A stretch of 64,000 nt of DNA from contig CAWAGQ010000005.1 of the NCBI GenBank assembly GCA_963781585.1, forward strand, positions 64,001-128,000. Direction: 5' to 3'. How positions within the stretch are numbered: the stretch's first letter is position 1; every line of letters starts with the position of its first letter. The notes below the pieces were generated by a model. The model saw only the letters and a program-made list of their open reading frames with translations, was not told the origin of the DNA and made no database searches. Of the stretch, positions 63,195 through 64,000 are shown in pieces. The stretch is from an uncultured Gemmatimonadaceae bacterium. GTDB lineage: Bacteria > Gemmatimonadota > Gemmatimonadetes > Gemmatimonadales > Gemmatimonadaceae. The translations under genes were made by a program, and so were the position numbers.

Positions 63195-64000
63195 GAGTCG
63201 GCCAGCGGCTCTTCCTGGCCGTTATCCCGGCGGTCATCGGCATTCTCGCCGTCGCCGCGCTCTACTACTGGGGACAGTTCGCGCGCGTCGTGCCTGAGTG
63301 GGTCGTGGCGATCGCGATCGTCGCGGCGACCCTGTCCCTGGTCATCTCGTGGATGAACACGCGCTACATCGCCACCCGTATCGATCGCCTGGCCGCGCGC
63401 GTCGGCGAGACGCGGGCCGCCGACGTCCGCGCGCCCCGCGCTCGGTTGCGCAGGCCATCACCGAGGTTGCGCAGACGGTCACCGACGTCGTCGCTCCGCG
63501 CGAGGCGAACCGCGGATCGCCTGACGAAATCGACGCGATCGAACAGACGGTCCAGCGGCTGAGCACCGCCGTCTCCGATGCCGAAGCCGAGCGGAAAGCC
63601 AAGCTCGAGGCGCTGGCGGTGCGCGAGCGCGAATACGCGGAGCTGGTGACGCAGACATCCAACGTCGGTGGCAAAGGCGCTCGACGAGGTTCGTCTGCCA
63701 CTTCACATTCTCCTCGAAAATCGCTTCGGGGAGCTGAACGAGAATCAGGAGGAGATGCTCGGCGCCGCCAACGTGGCCACGGAGGAGGCCACTGAGCGGG
63801 TACATCGCCCTGCGCGACATCGCCGACTTCGATCGGGGCGCGGTCGCGAACCGCGACGAGGCGGTGCGGTTCAGGGACATCTTCGGTTCGCTGGCGCCCA
63901 TGCTGCTTGCCGAGGCCGGGCTGCGTGGGGTCGTGGTACGGATCGACCTGGCTCCGGGGCTCCCTTCCATTGTGGGCGATCGCCGGCGCATTCAGGAGAG
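63191..64000 (+). CDS. membrane histidine-kinase-like protein with a degenerate H-box; frameshifted, runs off the window end
   Basis: Two transmembrane helices, HAMP-like DEIDAIE, LHILLENRFGELNENQEEML, LPSIVGDRRRIQE. Confidence 0.7.

Overview
High-GC (about 69-70% by eye) bacterial chromosomal window. The gene content (ADOP permeases with PadR partners, a BTAD/TPR regulator, carboxypeptidase-regulatory-domain TonB receptors, Gly/Arg-rich secreted peptidases) suggests Gemmatimonadota; this is an inference. In order it holds: a decayed integron-cassette-like stretch without an integrase (attC relics, a VapBC pair, gene fragments; about 0.4-6 kb); secreted hydrolases and a multicopper oxidase; five ADOP permeases with four PadR genes and palindromic operators; a BTAD regulator next to a secreted-protein/OmpA/YkgJ cluster whose head promoter has 11-bp-phased TGACG repeats; heptamer tandem arrays; two TonB-dependent receptors; and a kdp locus with a split KdpD and a kinase lacking the H-box His. 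The most unusual signal is the octamer CGTTAGGC/GCCTAACG. I count 17 exact and 5 near copies on both strands, almost all inside genes and written with rare synonymous codons (TTA-GGC, CCT-AAC). Many genes carry single-base frameshifts, dense after about 56 kb, most likely sequencing errors. I recognised no rRNA, tRNA, CRISPR array, transposase or integrase. All counts and alignments were done by eye.
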